From: Rhodospirillales bacterium
Lineage (GTDB): Bacteria > Pseudomonadota > Alphaproteobacteria > Rhodospirillales > Shumkoniaceae
Length of the DNA: 43,377 nucleotides
NCBI GenBank assembly: GCA_034003665.1
Contig: JAVEYE010000001.1
Span: forward strand, 1-43,377
Direction: 5' to 3'
Shown: piece by piece, positions 29,016 to 37,996 of the stretch
How positions within the stretch are numbered: position 1 is the first letter of the stretch
Layout of the letters: every line of letters begins with the position of its first letter
The notes under the pieces: model-generated
What the model was told of the DNA's origin: nothing
Database searches by the model: none
The model's input: the letters and a program-made list of their open reading frames with translations, nothing else
Translations under genes and position numbers: made by a program

Positions 29016-29311
29016 CCATGAGCAAGGACAAGCTCACCGCCCTGCGCGAGCGCAATTACGCGCTCGCCAGCCTCCCTGACATGCTACGCGTCCCGACCTT
29101 CCCCGGAGGTCGCGGCGAGGCGATGAAGCCCGTCGAGACCGTGACCCTCGACGACATCGCCTTCGCGCTGATCGCCTTGCAGGAGAAGGCTTCGGCGATC
29201 TACCGCGAGGCCGACGCCCTGCGCACCGTCTACGAGCTCGCCCGCAGGAACGGCGCGCTCGGCTCCGACCCCGCCCTGTGTGCGATCCCGGTCGAGAAGG
29301 AGGGCTCGTGA
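29012..29311 (+). CDS. Hypothetical protein
   Basis: Overlap-coupled on both sides; GAGG RBS. Confidence 0.65.
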   Translation: MTMSKDKLTALRERNYALASLPDMLRVPTFPGGRGEAMKPVETVTLDDIAFALIALQEKASAIYREADALRTVYELARRNGALGSDPALCAIPVEKEGS

Positions 29312-30195
29312 TGGCCCTCCCCATCATCTCGGCCGACCAGCGCCTCGCCGAACGGCGCGGGGTCAAGGGCTGCATCTTCGGCAAGTCGGGGATCGGCAAG
29401 ACCTCGCTGCTGTGGACGCTGAACGCCACCACCTGCCTGTTCTTCGACCTCGAGGCCGGCGACCTCGCCGTCGAAGGCTGGCCCGGCGACACGATCAGAC
29501 CGAAGACCTGGCAGGAGTGCCGCGACTTCGCCGTCTTCATCGGCGGGCCGAACCCGGCGCTGCGCGATGACCAGGTCTACAGCCGGGCGCATTACGATGC
29601 GGTGTGCGAACGCTTCGGTGATCCGGCGGCCGTCGACCGCTACGAGACCATCTTCATCGACAGCATCACGGTCGCCGGACGGCTGTGCTTCCAGTGGTGC
29701 AAGGGCCAGCCCGAGGCGATCTCGGAACGGACCGGCAAGCCGGACATGCGCGGCGCCTACGGGCTGCACGGCCGCGAGATGCTCGGCTGGCTCACCCATT
29801 TGCAGCACACCCGGGCGAAGAACGTCTGGTTCGTCGGCATCCTCGACGAGAAGCTCGACGACTTCAACCGGCGCATCTTCGTGCCGCAGATCGACGGCTC
29901 CAAGACCGGCAACGAACTGCCCGGCATCGTCGACGAGGTCATCGCCATGGCCGAGATCAGCCAGGGTGACGGCGCGCCGTTCCGGGCCTTCGTCTGCCAG
30001 ACCCTGAACCCCTACGGCTATCCCGCGAAGGATCGCAGCGGTCGCCTCGACATGATCGAGGAACCGCATCTCGGCCGCCTGATGGCGAAGATCGGCGGCC
30101 CCGTCAAACCGGCGAGCGAGAGGTTGGAGTTTGGCCGCCCCGCCTCTCCGCCCGCCGATACCCCCGTCACGCAACATGATCAAGGAGCGTCCTGA
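29311..30195 (+). CDS. AAA_24 / Sak4-like phage ATPase
   Basis: Walker A GKSGIGKT, DLEAG, Walker B IFIDSIT and AKDRSG. Confidence 0.85.
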   Translation: MALPIISADQRLAERRGVKGCIFGKSGIGKTSLLWTLNATTCLFFDLEAGDLAVEGWPGDTIRPKTWQECRDFAVFIGGPNPALRDDQVYSRAHYDAVCERFGDPAAVDRYETIFIDSITVAGRLCFQWCKGQPEAISERTGKPDMRGAYGLHGREMLGWLTHLQHTRAKNVWFVGILDEKLDDFNRRIFVPQIDGSKTGNELPGIVDEVIAMAEISQGDGAPFRAFVCQTLNPYGYPAKDRSGRLDMIEEPHLGRLMAKIGGPVKPASERLEFGRPASPPADTPVTQHDQGAS

Positions 30196-30197
30196 CC

Positions 30198-30833
30198 ATG
30201 AACGGTCCGTGGAACGATTTCAACGACGCCGAATCCCAGACGTCCTACGACGTGATCCCCAAGGGCACCATCGTGCCGGTCCGGATGACCCTGAAGCCCG
30301 GCGGCTACGACGACCCGGCCCAGGGTTGGACCGGCGGCTACGCCACCCGCAACGAGACCACCGGCTCGGTCTATCTGAACGCCGAGTTCGTGCTTCTCGA
30401 AGGGCCATACGCGCGGCGCAAAGTCTGGACCCGGATCGGGCTGATGAGCCCCAAGGGACCGGAGTGGGGGAACATGGGCCGCTCCTTCGTGCGCGGCATC
30501 CTCAACTCGGCGCGAGGGCTGTCGGACAAGGACAACTCGCCGCAGAGCCAGATGGCGCGCCGTATCAACGGGTTCGCCGATCTCGACGGCATCGAGTTCC
30601 TGGCCAAGATCGACATCGGCAAGGACCAGAACGGCGACGCCAAGAACGAGATCCGCTTCGCCGTCGCGCCCAACCACAAGGACTGGGACGCCTACCGCAA
30701 AAGCGGCGGCGCCTGGAATCCGGGCGCCGCTTCGCCGGCGGAGTTTCCGGTGACGGGTGTTGTGGCGTCCGCGCCCGCCGCATCCGCCGCACCGCCGGCC
30801 GCCAATCCGAACCGCCCGTCTTGGGCCCAGTAG
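30198..30833 (+). CDS. Phage ssDNA-binding protein-like
   Basis: Follows the Sak4-like ATPase; YLNAEFVLLEGPYARRKVW core and an Ala/Pro-rich tail ending PSWAQ. Confidence 0.65.
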   Translation: MNGPWNDFNDAESQTSYDVIPKGTIVPVRMTLKPGGYDDPAQGWTGGYATRNETTGSVYLNAEFVLLEGPYARRKVWTRIGLMSPKGPEWGNMGRSFVRGILNSARGLSDKDNSPQSQMARRINGFADLDGIEFLAKIDIGKDQNGDAKNEIRFAVAPNHKDWDAYRKSGGAWNPGAASPAEFPVTGVVASAPAASAAPPAANPNRPSWAQ

Positions 30834-30846
30834 GAGGGGCGGAACC

Positions 30847-32529
30847 ATGATTCTCCGTCCCCGCCAGAAGACCTTCGTCGAGCGCAGCGTCCGCGCGCTC
30901 GATGAGCACGGCAACACCTTGGGCGTGGCCCCGACCGGTAGCGGCAAAACCGTCATGCTGTCGGGCGTCGTCGGCCGCATGCTGGCCGACAACCATGCCA
31001 AGGCCTGCGTGCTGGCCCACCGCGACGAGCTGACGGCGCAGAACGTGCTCAAGTTCGCCAAGGTCAACCCGGCGATCAGCACCTCGATCGTCGATTCCCG
31101 TACCAAGTCCTGGCGGGGCCGGACCACCTTCGCCATGGTGCCGACGCTGGCCCGCCCGGCGAACCTCGACGCCATGCCGGCGCTCGACCTGCTGGTCATC
31201 GACGAGGCCCACCATGTGATGGCTGACAGCTACCGGCGGGTCATCGACCATGCCCGGAGCCGCAACCCCGACGTCCGGGTATTCGGGGTCACGGCGACCC
31301 CGAACCGCGGCGACAAAAAGGGACTGCGTCCCGTCTTTTCCAACGTCGCCGACCAGATCTCGATCGGCGAGATGATCGCCTCGGGCCACCTGGTGCCGCC
31401 GCGCACGTTCGTCATCGACGTCGGCACCCAGGACGCCCTGAAGAGCGTGCGTCGGACCGTCGACGACTTCGACATGCGGGCGGTCGACGCCATCATGAAC
31501 AAGGCGCCGATTACCGCCGCCGTGATCCGCCATTGGCGTGAAAAGGCGGGCGATCGGCAGACGGTCGTCTTCTGCTCGACGGTCGATCATGCCCGCAATG
31601 TTCGCGACGCCTTCGTCGCCGACAACGTCCGTGCCGACATGGTTCATGGCGAACTCCCTGAGACCGAACGGCGCCGGGTGCTCCGCGCCTTCGAGAAGGG
31701 CGAGCTGCAGGTCGTCGTCAATGTTGCGGTGCTGACCGAGGGATGGGACCACCAGCCGACCAGCTGCGTCGTCCTGCTCCGGCCGTCTTCCTACAAGTCG
31801 ACGATGATTCAGATGGTCGGGAGGGGTTTGCGGACCGTCGATCCCAACGAGTTCCCCGGCATCGTCAAGACCGACTGCATCGTGCTGGACTTTGGCACCT
31901 CGACCCTGCTTCACGGCTGTCTCGAACAGGACGTCGATCTCGACGGCCGGACCGCCGCCGGCGACGCGCCGAGCAAGGACTGTCCGGAATGCGGCGCTGA
32001 GGTGCCGTTGGCGGTTCGCGAATGCCCGCTGTGCGGCTACCTGTGGGAGGTGCTGGCCGGCAGCGGGCGCGAGACCACGCCGCTGTCCGACTTCGTCATG
32101 ATGGAGATCGATCTGCTGAAGCGTTCCAGCTTCCGTTGGTGCGATCTGTTCGGCGACGACGCGGCGCTGGTCGCCAACGGCTTCAACGCCTGGGGCGGGA
32201 TCTTCTTCCTGCACGGACGCTGGCATGCCGTCGGCGGCGCCAAGGGCCAGCCTACCCGCCTGCTCGCCGTCGGCGAACGGACCGTCTGCCTGGCCGCCGC
32301 CGACGACTGGCTGAACGAGAATGAGACCGACGAGAGCGCCCACAAGACGCGCGCCTGGCTCAACCAACCGGCCACAGAGAAGCAGCTTTGCTATCTCCCA
32401 CCCGATCGCCGGCAGGACTTCGGGCTGACCCGCTACCAAGCCTCGGCGCTGCTTACCTTCACCTTCAACAAGGCGGCGATCCAGCGGCTGGTGACGACCG
32501 CGACCACCGCCGAGAGGAGGGCGGCATGA
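30847..32529 (+). CDS. SF2 DEAD/DEAH-box helicase with zinc ribbon
   Basis: APTGSGKT, DEAH, TATP, LTEGWD, QMVGRGLR and CPECG...CPLCG. Confidence 0.92.
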   Translation: MILRPRQKTFVERSVRALDEHGNTLGVAPTGSGKTVMLSGVVGRMLADNHAKACVLAHRDELTAQNVLKFAKVNPAISTSIVDSRTKSWRGRTTFAMVPTLARPANLDAMPALDLLVIDEAHHVMADSYRRVIDHARSRNPDVRVFGVTATPNRGDKKGLRPVFSNVADQISIGEMIASGHLVPPRTFVIDVGTQDALKSVRRTVDDFDMRAVDAIMNKAPITAAVIRHWREKAGDRQTVVFCSTVDHARNVRDAFVADNVRADMVHGELPETERRRVLRAFEKGELQVVVNVAVLTEGWDHQPTSCVVLLRPSSYKSTMIQMVGRGLRTVDPNEFPGIVKTDCIVLDFGTSTLLHGCLEQDVDLDGRTAAGDAPSKDCPECGAEVPLAVRECPLCGYLWEVLAGSGRETTPLSDFVMMEIDLLKRSSFRWCDLFGDDAALVANGFNAWGGIFFLHGRWHAVGGAKGQPTRLLAVGERTVCLAAADDWLNENETDESAHKTRAWLNQPATEKQLCYLPPDRRQDFGLTRYQASALLTFTFNKAAIQRLVTTATTAERRAA

Positions 32530-32532
32530 TCC

Positions 32533-32940
32533 ATGGCCGGTTCATCCGAATCCGCCGCCACCCGGTTTCGCCATTGGCATCCGCGTGGCGTGCTCTGTGC
32601 CGTCTGCCGGCGCCCGGCGCGTGGCTTCTGTTGGTTCGACCCGGTGCCATCGAAGCGACCCCGGCCCTCGGTCTGGTTCTGCTCGATGGCCTGCCAGGAT
32701 TTATGGACGCGATTAGCGCGGGAGCGTTTGGCCATGGTTGACCTGACCGAACAGGAACGGGCGGCGATCCGCTCCGCCATGAAGCCGGTTGCCGAGATCA
32801 TGGAGGAGACCGGCTGGCAGACCCGGCTGATCGACCTCACCGAGGCCCAGGTGCTGACCCTGATCGAGGTCGCAGTCGGCGGCTTCCAGGACGCCATGCA
32901 TGCCACGGCCATGGCCGACGACCCGGAGATCCCCTTCTGA
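32533..32940 (+). CDS. DUF6511-like phage protein with N-terminal Cys cluster
   Basis: CAVC...FCSMAC, followed by MVDLTEQERAA...IGW-like segment ending EIPF. Confidence 0.6.
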   Translation: MAGSSESAATRFRHWHPRGVLCAVCRRPARGFCWFDPVPSKRPRPSVWFCSMACQDLWTRLARERLAMVDLTEQERAAIRSAMKPVAEIMEETGWQTRLIDLTEAQVLTLIEVAVGGFQDAMHATAMADDPEIPF

Positions 32941-33713
32941 TGCTCGACTTCAATCATTCCGTCGGCTTCGCCGACCGCGTGAATGCCCGGATCGACGCAG
33001 TGCTGGTGGCAGAGCTCGGCGCGCAGCCGCCGCGCGCGTATCTCGGCGGCTCGCGTCTCGGCATCGCCTGTGATCGTGCGCTGCAGTACGAGTACGCCCA
33101 GGCGCCGAAGGACGATGGCCACGACTTCGACGGCCAGACCCTGCGCATCTTCGCTGCCGGCCACCTGTTCGAGGATCTCGCCGCCGGTTGGTTGCGGAAC
33201 GCCGGCTTCGATCTCTACACCACCAAGGGCAACCGGCCGGACGGCGGCCAGTTCGGCTTCTCGGTCGCCGGCGGGCGCATCCGCGGCCATGTCGACGGCA
33301 TCATTGCCGCCGGCCCCGAAGGTCTGCTGTCCGGCTGCCCGGCGCTATGGGAATGCAAGACGATGAACGCCAAGAATTGGCGCGAGACCGCCGCCAAGGG
33401 CGTGGTCGTCACCAAGCCGGTCTACGCCGCCCAGATCGCCGTCTACCAGGCCTACATGGAGGCGACCGTGCCGGGGATTGCGGCGAACCCGGCGCTGTTC
33501 ACCGCCGTCAACAAGGATACCGCCGAACTCCATCATGAACTGGTCCCGTTCGATGGCGGGTTGGCCCAGCGCATGAGCGACAAGGCGGTCCGCATCATCC
33601 AGGCGACCGAGGCGGGCGAACTGCTACCCCGCATCGCCCAGTCCGCGGACTTTTACGAATGCCGGTTCTGTCCCTGGTCCGATCGCTGCTGGAGGACCGG
33701 CGATGGACGATAA
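32940..33713 (+). CDS. Cas4-like PD-(D/E)XK exonuclease
   Basis: N-terminal Cys (GIAC), GHVDG, WECKT, QIAVY and C-terminal CRFCPWSDRC. Confidence 0.8.
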   Translation: MLDFNHSVGFADRVNARIDAVLVAELGAQPPRAYLGGSRLGIACDRALQYEYAQAPKDDGHDFDGQTLRIFAAGHLFEDLAAGWLRNAGFDLYTTKGNRPDGGQFGFSVAGGRIRGHVDGIIAAGPEGLLSGCPALWECKTMNAKNWRETAAKGVVVTKPVYAAQIAVYQAYMEATVPGIAANPALFTAVNKDTAELHHELVPFDGGLAQRMSDKAVRIIQATEAGELLPRIAQSADFYECRFCPWSDRCWRTGDGR

Positions 33714-35883
33714 CGTCATCGACTTCGAGCGTTGGCGCGACTTCAACGATGCCGAACCGCAACGCCTCGATGACACCCGGCCCTGGGATGCCGCCGAGGC
33801 GACGTCGGACATCAAGGCGCGCATGCTGCTCAACCTCCGCGGCGTGCTGTCCTATCTGCTGCCGGGCGGCGTGTTCCAGCGCGGCAGATTCCTCGTCGGC
33901 GACGTCCACGGCAATCGCGGCGACAGCCTCACCGTGGAGCTGGCCGGGCCCAAGACCGGCATGTGGCACGACTTCGCCACCAAGGAGGGTGGCGACATCA
34001 TCGCCCTGTGGGCGGCTGTCACCGGCCGCGACACCCGGACCGAGTTTCCCGCCATCATGGATGACATCCGCGAATGGCTCGACGGCCGAAGCCGGACCCT
34101 GCACGACGAGCGGGCCGAGAAGGCGCAGGCCAGGACGCCGCCTCTCGACGATCTCGGCCCGGTGACGGCCAAGTGGGACTACCTGGACGAGGACGGCCGG
34201 CTTCTCGCCTGCGTCTATCGCTACGATCCGCCCGGCGGCAAGCAGTTCCGGCCTTGGGACGTTATCGCCCGCCGGATGAAGGCGCCGGATCCGCGCCCGC
34301 TCTATAACCGGCCCGGCATCAAGGCGGCCGGCGAGGTGATTCTGGTTGAGGGCGAGAAGGCGGCCCAGGCCCTCATCGACCAGGGCATCTGCGCCACCAC
34401 AGCCATGAACGGGGCGTCCGCCCCGGTCGGCAAGACCGACTGGTCGCCGCTCGCCGGCAAACGCGTCCTGGTCTGGCCGGACAGGGATAATCCGGGCTGG
34501 ACCTACGCCACGGCGGCGTCCCAGGCGGTGCTCGCGGCGGGCGCCGTCTCGGTCGCCATCCTGTTGCCGCCCGACGACAAGCCGGAGAAGTGGGACGCCG
34601 CCGACGCGGTCGCCGAGGGCATGGACGTGGCCGGATTTATCGCCACCGCCGCCCGTCAGGCTGTCCGTCCCGAAAACGCCGCGCTCGACCTCGGCGACTG
34701 GCATGCGACCCGCTACGCCGGCGCGGCACCCGAGCAGCACTTCCTGGTCGAAGGATCGTTCCCCATGGGCGTGGTCTCGATCCTCGCCGCCATGGGCGAC
34801 ACCGGCAAGGGCATGATGATCCTCGATCTGGCGCTGTCGGTGGCGACCGGCAAACCGCGGCTGGTCTCGGTCAGCCCCGAGCCGATGGCCTTCGGCGGCG
34901 CGGTCCGCGAATTCGGCACCGCCGTCATTTTTACTGCCGAGGACGATCAGGGCGAGGTTCACCGCCGGCTGCAGCGGCTCGATCCGGAAGCGTTGCGTCT
35001 CGAACGGCCCGAGCGCCTGATCGTCGTTCCCCTGCCTAATGCCGGCGGGCCGATCCCGTTCGTGGTGTCCGGCAAGGACGGTCCCGAGATCACCCCGCAG
35101 TTCCGCTTGGTCCGCGAGCAGGTCCTGCGCCTTCGCGACCTGAAGCTCGTCGTGTTCGACCCGCTGGCATCCTTCATCCACGCCGACATCACGGCGGACC
35201 CGGCCGCCGGAAGCTTCGCCACCGGGTTGCTGGCAAGCCTCGCCACCGAAACCGGCGCCGCCGTGATGGTTGCCCACCACATGCGCAAGCCACAGGGCAA
35301 CCGGCCGATCGCGTCGGTCGAACAGGCCCGCGATGCCGTCCGTGGCACCAGCGCCATCGTCGACGGCGTGCGCATGGTCTACGCCTTGTGGCCGGCGCCC
35401 GACGAGCATCAGGACGCCGTCTTCAAGACGCTGGAAGAACCGCCCGTCCGCAACGCCGTGTTCCAGGGCGCCGTAGTCAAGGCGAACGGCCCCGCCGACC
35501 GCACCATCCGCACCTTCCTGCGGGCACCGACCGGCCTCCTGGTCGATGTGACGGCGCGTCTGCGGGAACGCCGCCGTCCGGAGCAGGACCTGATGGATGC
35601 TCTGGTCGTCGCGGTCGCGCGCGCCGCTGAGAATGGCCATCCCTACACCCACACGGGCGGTATGGGCGTCTACGAACAGCGGCACCGGCTTCCGCCGGCC
35701 TTCCATGATCTTGGTCGCAGGAAACTGCGGACGATGGTTCAGGCGCTGCTCAACGAGCGTGTCCTGGTCAAGGGCATGGCCTCCGGATCGAAGGAAGACA
35801 AGTGGCTGGACGTCCCGAACGGACCGTTCTCACGGGGCGTCGGGCAGTTCGTTCACGGTGCTGAAGAGGGGGAAAATCCATGA
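33703..35883 (+). CDS. Primase-helicase (Toprim + AAA_25)
   Basis: Toprim ILVEGEK and WPDRD; Walker A AMGDTGKG; Walker B VVFDP; HHMRK and RGTSA. Confidence 0.88.
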   Translation: MDDNVIDFERWRDFNDAEPQRLDDTRPWDAAEATSDIKARMLLNLRGVLSYLLPGGVFQRGRFLVGDVHGNRGDSLTVELAGPKTGMWHDFATKEGGDIIALWAAVTGRDTRTEFPAIMDDIREWLDGRSRTLHDERAEKAQARTPPLDDLGPVTAKWDYLDEDGRLLACVYRYDPPGGKQFRPWDVIARRMKAPDPRPLYNRPGIKAAGEVILVEGEKAAQALIDQGICATTAMNGASAPVGKTDWSPLAGKRVLVWPDRDNPGWTYATAASQAVLAAGAVSVAILLPPDDKPEKWDAADAVAEGMDVAGFIATAARQAVRPENAALDLGDWHATRYAGAAPEQHFLVEGSFPMGVVSILAAMGDTGKGMMILDLALSVATGKPRLVSVSPEPMAFGGAVREFGTAVIFTAEDDQGEVHRRLQRLDPEALRLERPERLIVVPLPNAGGPIPFVVSGKDGPEITPQFRLVREQVLRLRDLKLVVFDPLASFIHADITADPAAGSFATGLLASLATETGAAVMVAHHMRKPQGNRPIASVEQARDAVRGTSAIVDGVRMVYALWPAPDEHQDAVFKTLEEPPVRNAVFQGAVVKANGPADRTIRTFLRAPTGLLVDVTARLRERRRPEQDLMDALVVAVARAAENGHPYTHTGGMGVYEQRHRLPPAFHDLGRRKLRTMVQALLNERVLVKGMASGSKEDKWLDVPNGPFSRGVGQFVHGAEEGENP

Positions 35884-35894
35884 CCCGGTTTTCT

Positions 35895-36198
35895 CCGTTG
35901 CCACCCATTACCACCCCGTTGCCACCCGACCTGGCAATCGGGTTTCCGTTGCCAATTACCACGTTGCCACCCGGTTACCGGTTTCGGGTGGCAACGGAAG
36001 AATCCGCGCAACGCATTGAAAACATTGGCGAATTCGAGACGCTGTCCGTTGCCACCCTCGTTCCGTTGCCACCCAGGAAAAACCCAATGAATTCAACGGC
36101 TTCCACGTTGCCACCTCCCCCTAAAGGGGGAGGTGTGTGTCTGGCAACACACACACCTCCCACCATTGATCGGATTGTCCATTGCCAGTCCGTTGCCA
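35895..36198. repeat. Iteron-like CGTTGCCA(C) repeats with hairpins; probable replication origin
   Basis: CGTTGCCA at about 35896, 35917, 35947, 35962, 36047, 36064, 36106 and 36191, an inverted copy at about 35989, and hairpins at 36113-36161. Confidence 0.75.
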
Positions 36199-36242
36199 GA
36201 CCCGACCCCGTGACCAAAGCCGATATCCAGGAGAGAGCCGCC

Positions 36243-36758
36243 ATGACCCAAACCGCCCTCGTGCAGACCCTGTCCAAGCAAACGGCTGATTGGGCCGCTG
36301 TCCTGGCGCTCGACCTCGGCACCACCACCGGCTGGGCGCTGCGCGCCATGGACGGACGCATGGTGTCCGGCACCCATGACTTCCGCCCGCGTCGCTTCGA
36401 GGGCGGCGGCATGCGCTACCTGCGCTTCACCGACTGGCTGGTCGAGCTGGCGATGCTTTCCAAGGGCATTCGCCGCGTTGTCTTCGAAGAGGTCCGCCGG
36501 CACGTTGGAACCGATGCCGCCCACATCTACGGCGGATTTCTGGGCGCTCTGACATCGTGGTGCGAACAGCACCAAATCCCCTACCAGGGTGTCCCTGTCG
36601 GCACCATCAAGCGCCACGTCACCGGCAAGGGCAACGCCTCAAAGGACGCAGTCATCTCGGCGGTCACGGCGCGCGGCTTCGATCCCGCCGACGACAACGA
36701 GGCCGACGCCATTGCCATCCTGTTGTGGGCGATCGAGACCATGGAAGGCGCGCGATGA
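36243..36758 (+). CDS. RuvC-like Holliday junction resolvase
   Basis: LALDLGTTTGWA, VFEEV, IKRHVTGKGNASK and DDNEADAIA; AGGAG RBS. Confidence 0.8.
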   Translation: MTQTALVQTLSKQTADWAAVLALDLGTTTGWALRAMDGRMVSGTHDFRPRRFEGGGMRYLRFTDWLVELAMLSKGIRRVVFEEVRRHVGTDAAHIYGGFLGALTSWCEQHQIPYQGVPVGTIKRHVTGKGNASKDAVISAVTARGFDPADDNEADAIAILLWAIETMEGAR

Positions 36759-37012
36759 CCGGCGAGCTGATGCTGAAGCAAGCTGCCGCCGTCGTGGCCA
36801 ACCGTCGCGCCACCTACGGCGAGCCGCGCGTCACGATGGCGGAGATCGCGAAGCGCTGGTCGATCACGCTGGGTCAGCCCATCACAGCGGCGCAGGTGGC
36901 GCTGTGCCTGATCGATCTGAAGTTGGCCAGGCTCGCCTTTGATCCGACCCACCTCGACAGCATGGTCGACATCGCCGGCTACGCCGCCGTGCTCAGGGAG
37001 GTCAGCCGATGA
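36755..37012 (+). CDS. DUF6378-like protein
   Basis: RRATYG...IAKRWS...LKLARL...DSMVDIAGYAA. Confidence 0.7.
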   Translation: MTGELMLKQAAAVVANRRATYGEPRVTMAEIAKRWSITLGQPITAAQVALCLIDLKLARLAFDPTHLDSMVDIAGYAAVLREVSR

Positions 37013-37206
37013 GGCGCTTTCCCAAGGGCTACGGCGGCCAGCGCCGCGATCCCGACCGCGTCAAACGCGACGGCTGGCAGGAGCAGGGCGTGCTGGTGGT
37101 CGCCGAGGACGATCAGCGTCTGACCTGGCCCGAGCGTGAACTGGTCAGGCAGCTCGGTCTGAAACTCTACGGTAAACGGCCCGAGAAGGAGGTTGGTCAT
37201 GGCTGA
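37009..37206 (+). CDS. Phage hypothetical protein
   Basis: GYGGQRRDPDRVKRDGW; ATGA coupling and a GGAGG RBS. Confidence 0.7.
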   Translation: MRRFPKGYGGQRRDPDRVKRDGWQEQGVLVVAEDDQRLTWPERELVRQLGLKLYGKRPEKEVGHG

Positions 37207-37642
37207 TGATCGGTGGACGCCCTTGATGGTCGAGGAACGTCTGGTCGAGGCGGCCGACGTGCTGAGCCACCTGCCCGAACCCAGGGTGCAGGGTTTCTTC
37301 AGCACCTGGCCACCGGTGGTCCACGAGTTCTGGGAGGCGTTCGGGTGGCACGATGCGAAGCTGCTACGGCCATGGCCGTTGCCGGCCGCCATCGACCGCA
37401 TGGACGTGACCATGACTTGGCTGGCATGGCTCGAGCCAACGGAGGCCAAGATCGTCTGGCTGCGCGCCTCGGGAGAACGCTGGAAGGCGATCTGCTGGAA
37501 GGTCGGTCTGGCCCGCACCGCCGCCCATCAGCGCTGGATGTACGCGCTTTGCGTCATTGCCTGGCGGCTTAACGGGCGGCGGTTGCCGCGCAACGTTTCC
37601 AAGCGGCGCATGATCGAGAAAACCTTGGCGGCGAGCCCGTGA
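37199..37642 (+). CDS. DUF6362-like protein (possible late-gene regulator, C-terminal HTH)
   Basis: WTPLMVEERLVEAADVL...IVWLRASGERWKAIC; last gene before cos. Confidence 0.7.
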   Translation: MADDRWTPLMVEERLVEAADVLSHLPEPRVQGFFSTWPPVVHEFWEAFGWHDAKLLRPWPLPAAIDRMDVTMTWLAWLEPTEAKIVWLRASGERWKAICWKVGLARTAAHQRWMYALCVIAWRLNGRRLPRNVSKRRMIEKTLAASP

Positions 37643-37754
37643 GCATCCCGGCGAAATGTGTTCGGCGAACACTTTTCGCGCGGACGGATTCGGTCCGGAT
37701 AGGCTATATTCTGGCTAGCCTCGCGAGAGGCGCGCACGGACAGACCGAAGCCAC

Positions 37755-37800
37755 GGGTCCTCCCTGGCCGAAACCCTATGCTGGCGGCAACAGCGCGGCG
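37755..37800 (+). other. Lambda-like cos site (cosQ plus cosN-like core)
   Basis: GGGTCCT, identical to lambda cosQ, at 37755-37761. About 19 nt later is CTGGCGGCAACAG-CGCGG, resembling lambda GGGCGGCGACCT-CGCGG. A GpA-type terminase lies downstream. Confidence 0.65.
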
Positions 37801-37996
37801 TTTGCCTAGTGACGCCGCCGAAAAACCCGTTTCCGTTTCCGTTTCGACGACGTGGTTTCCGCCCGTAAGGCGCGGAAACCTTGGCGTTCATTCGATCGCC
37901 TTCGATCCCGGAGACGGAAATGCCCCTCCGTCGAAACGGCAACGGTCCCGCTTCGGAAACGGAAACGCTCCCTCTTCATTCGGGAACCACGAACCC

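Noticed and set aside
32940-33713. Cas4-like gene as evidence of a CRISPR-Cas system
   Set aside because: No cas1/cas2 or repeat-spacer array in the window; it sits in a standard phage replication module.
35880-36242. Pro/Thr-rich N-terminal extension of the RuvC-like protein
   Set aside because: The LPP repeats are translations of the GTTGCCAC DNA repeats, and a good RBS precedes ATG 36243.
37778-37996. N-terminal extension of the ParB-methyltransferase
   Set aside because: It overlaps the cos-like site and its repeats; the ParB domain starts after ATG 37997.
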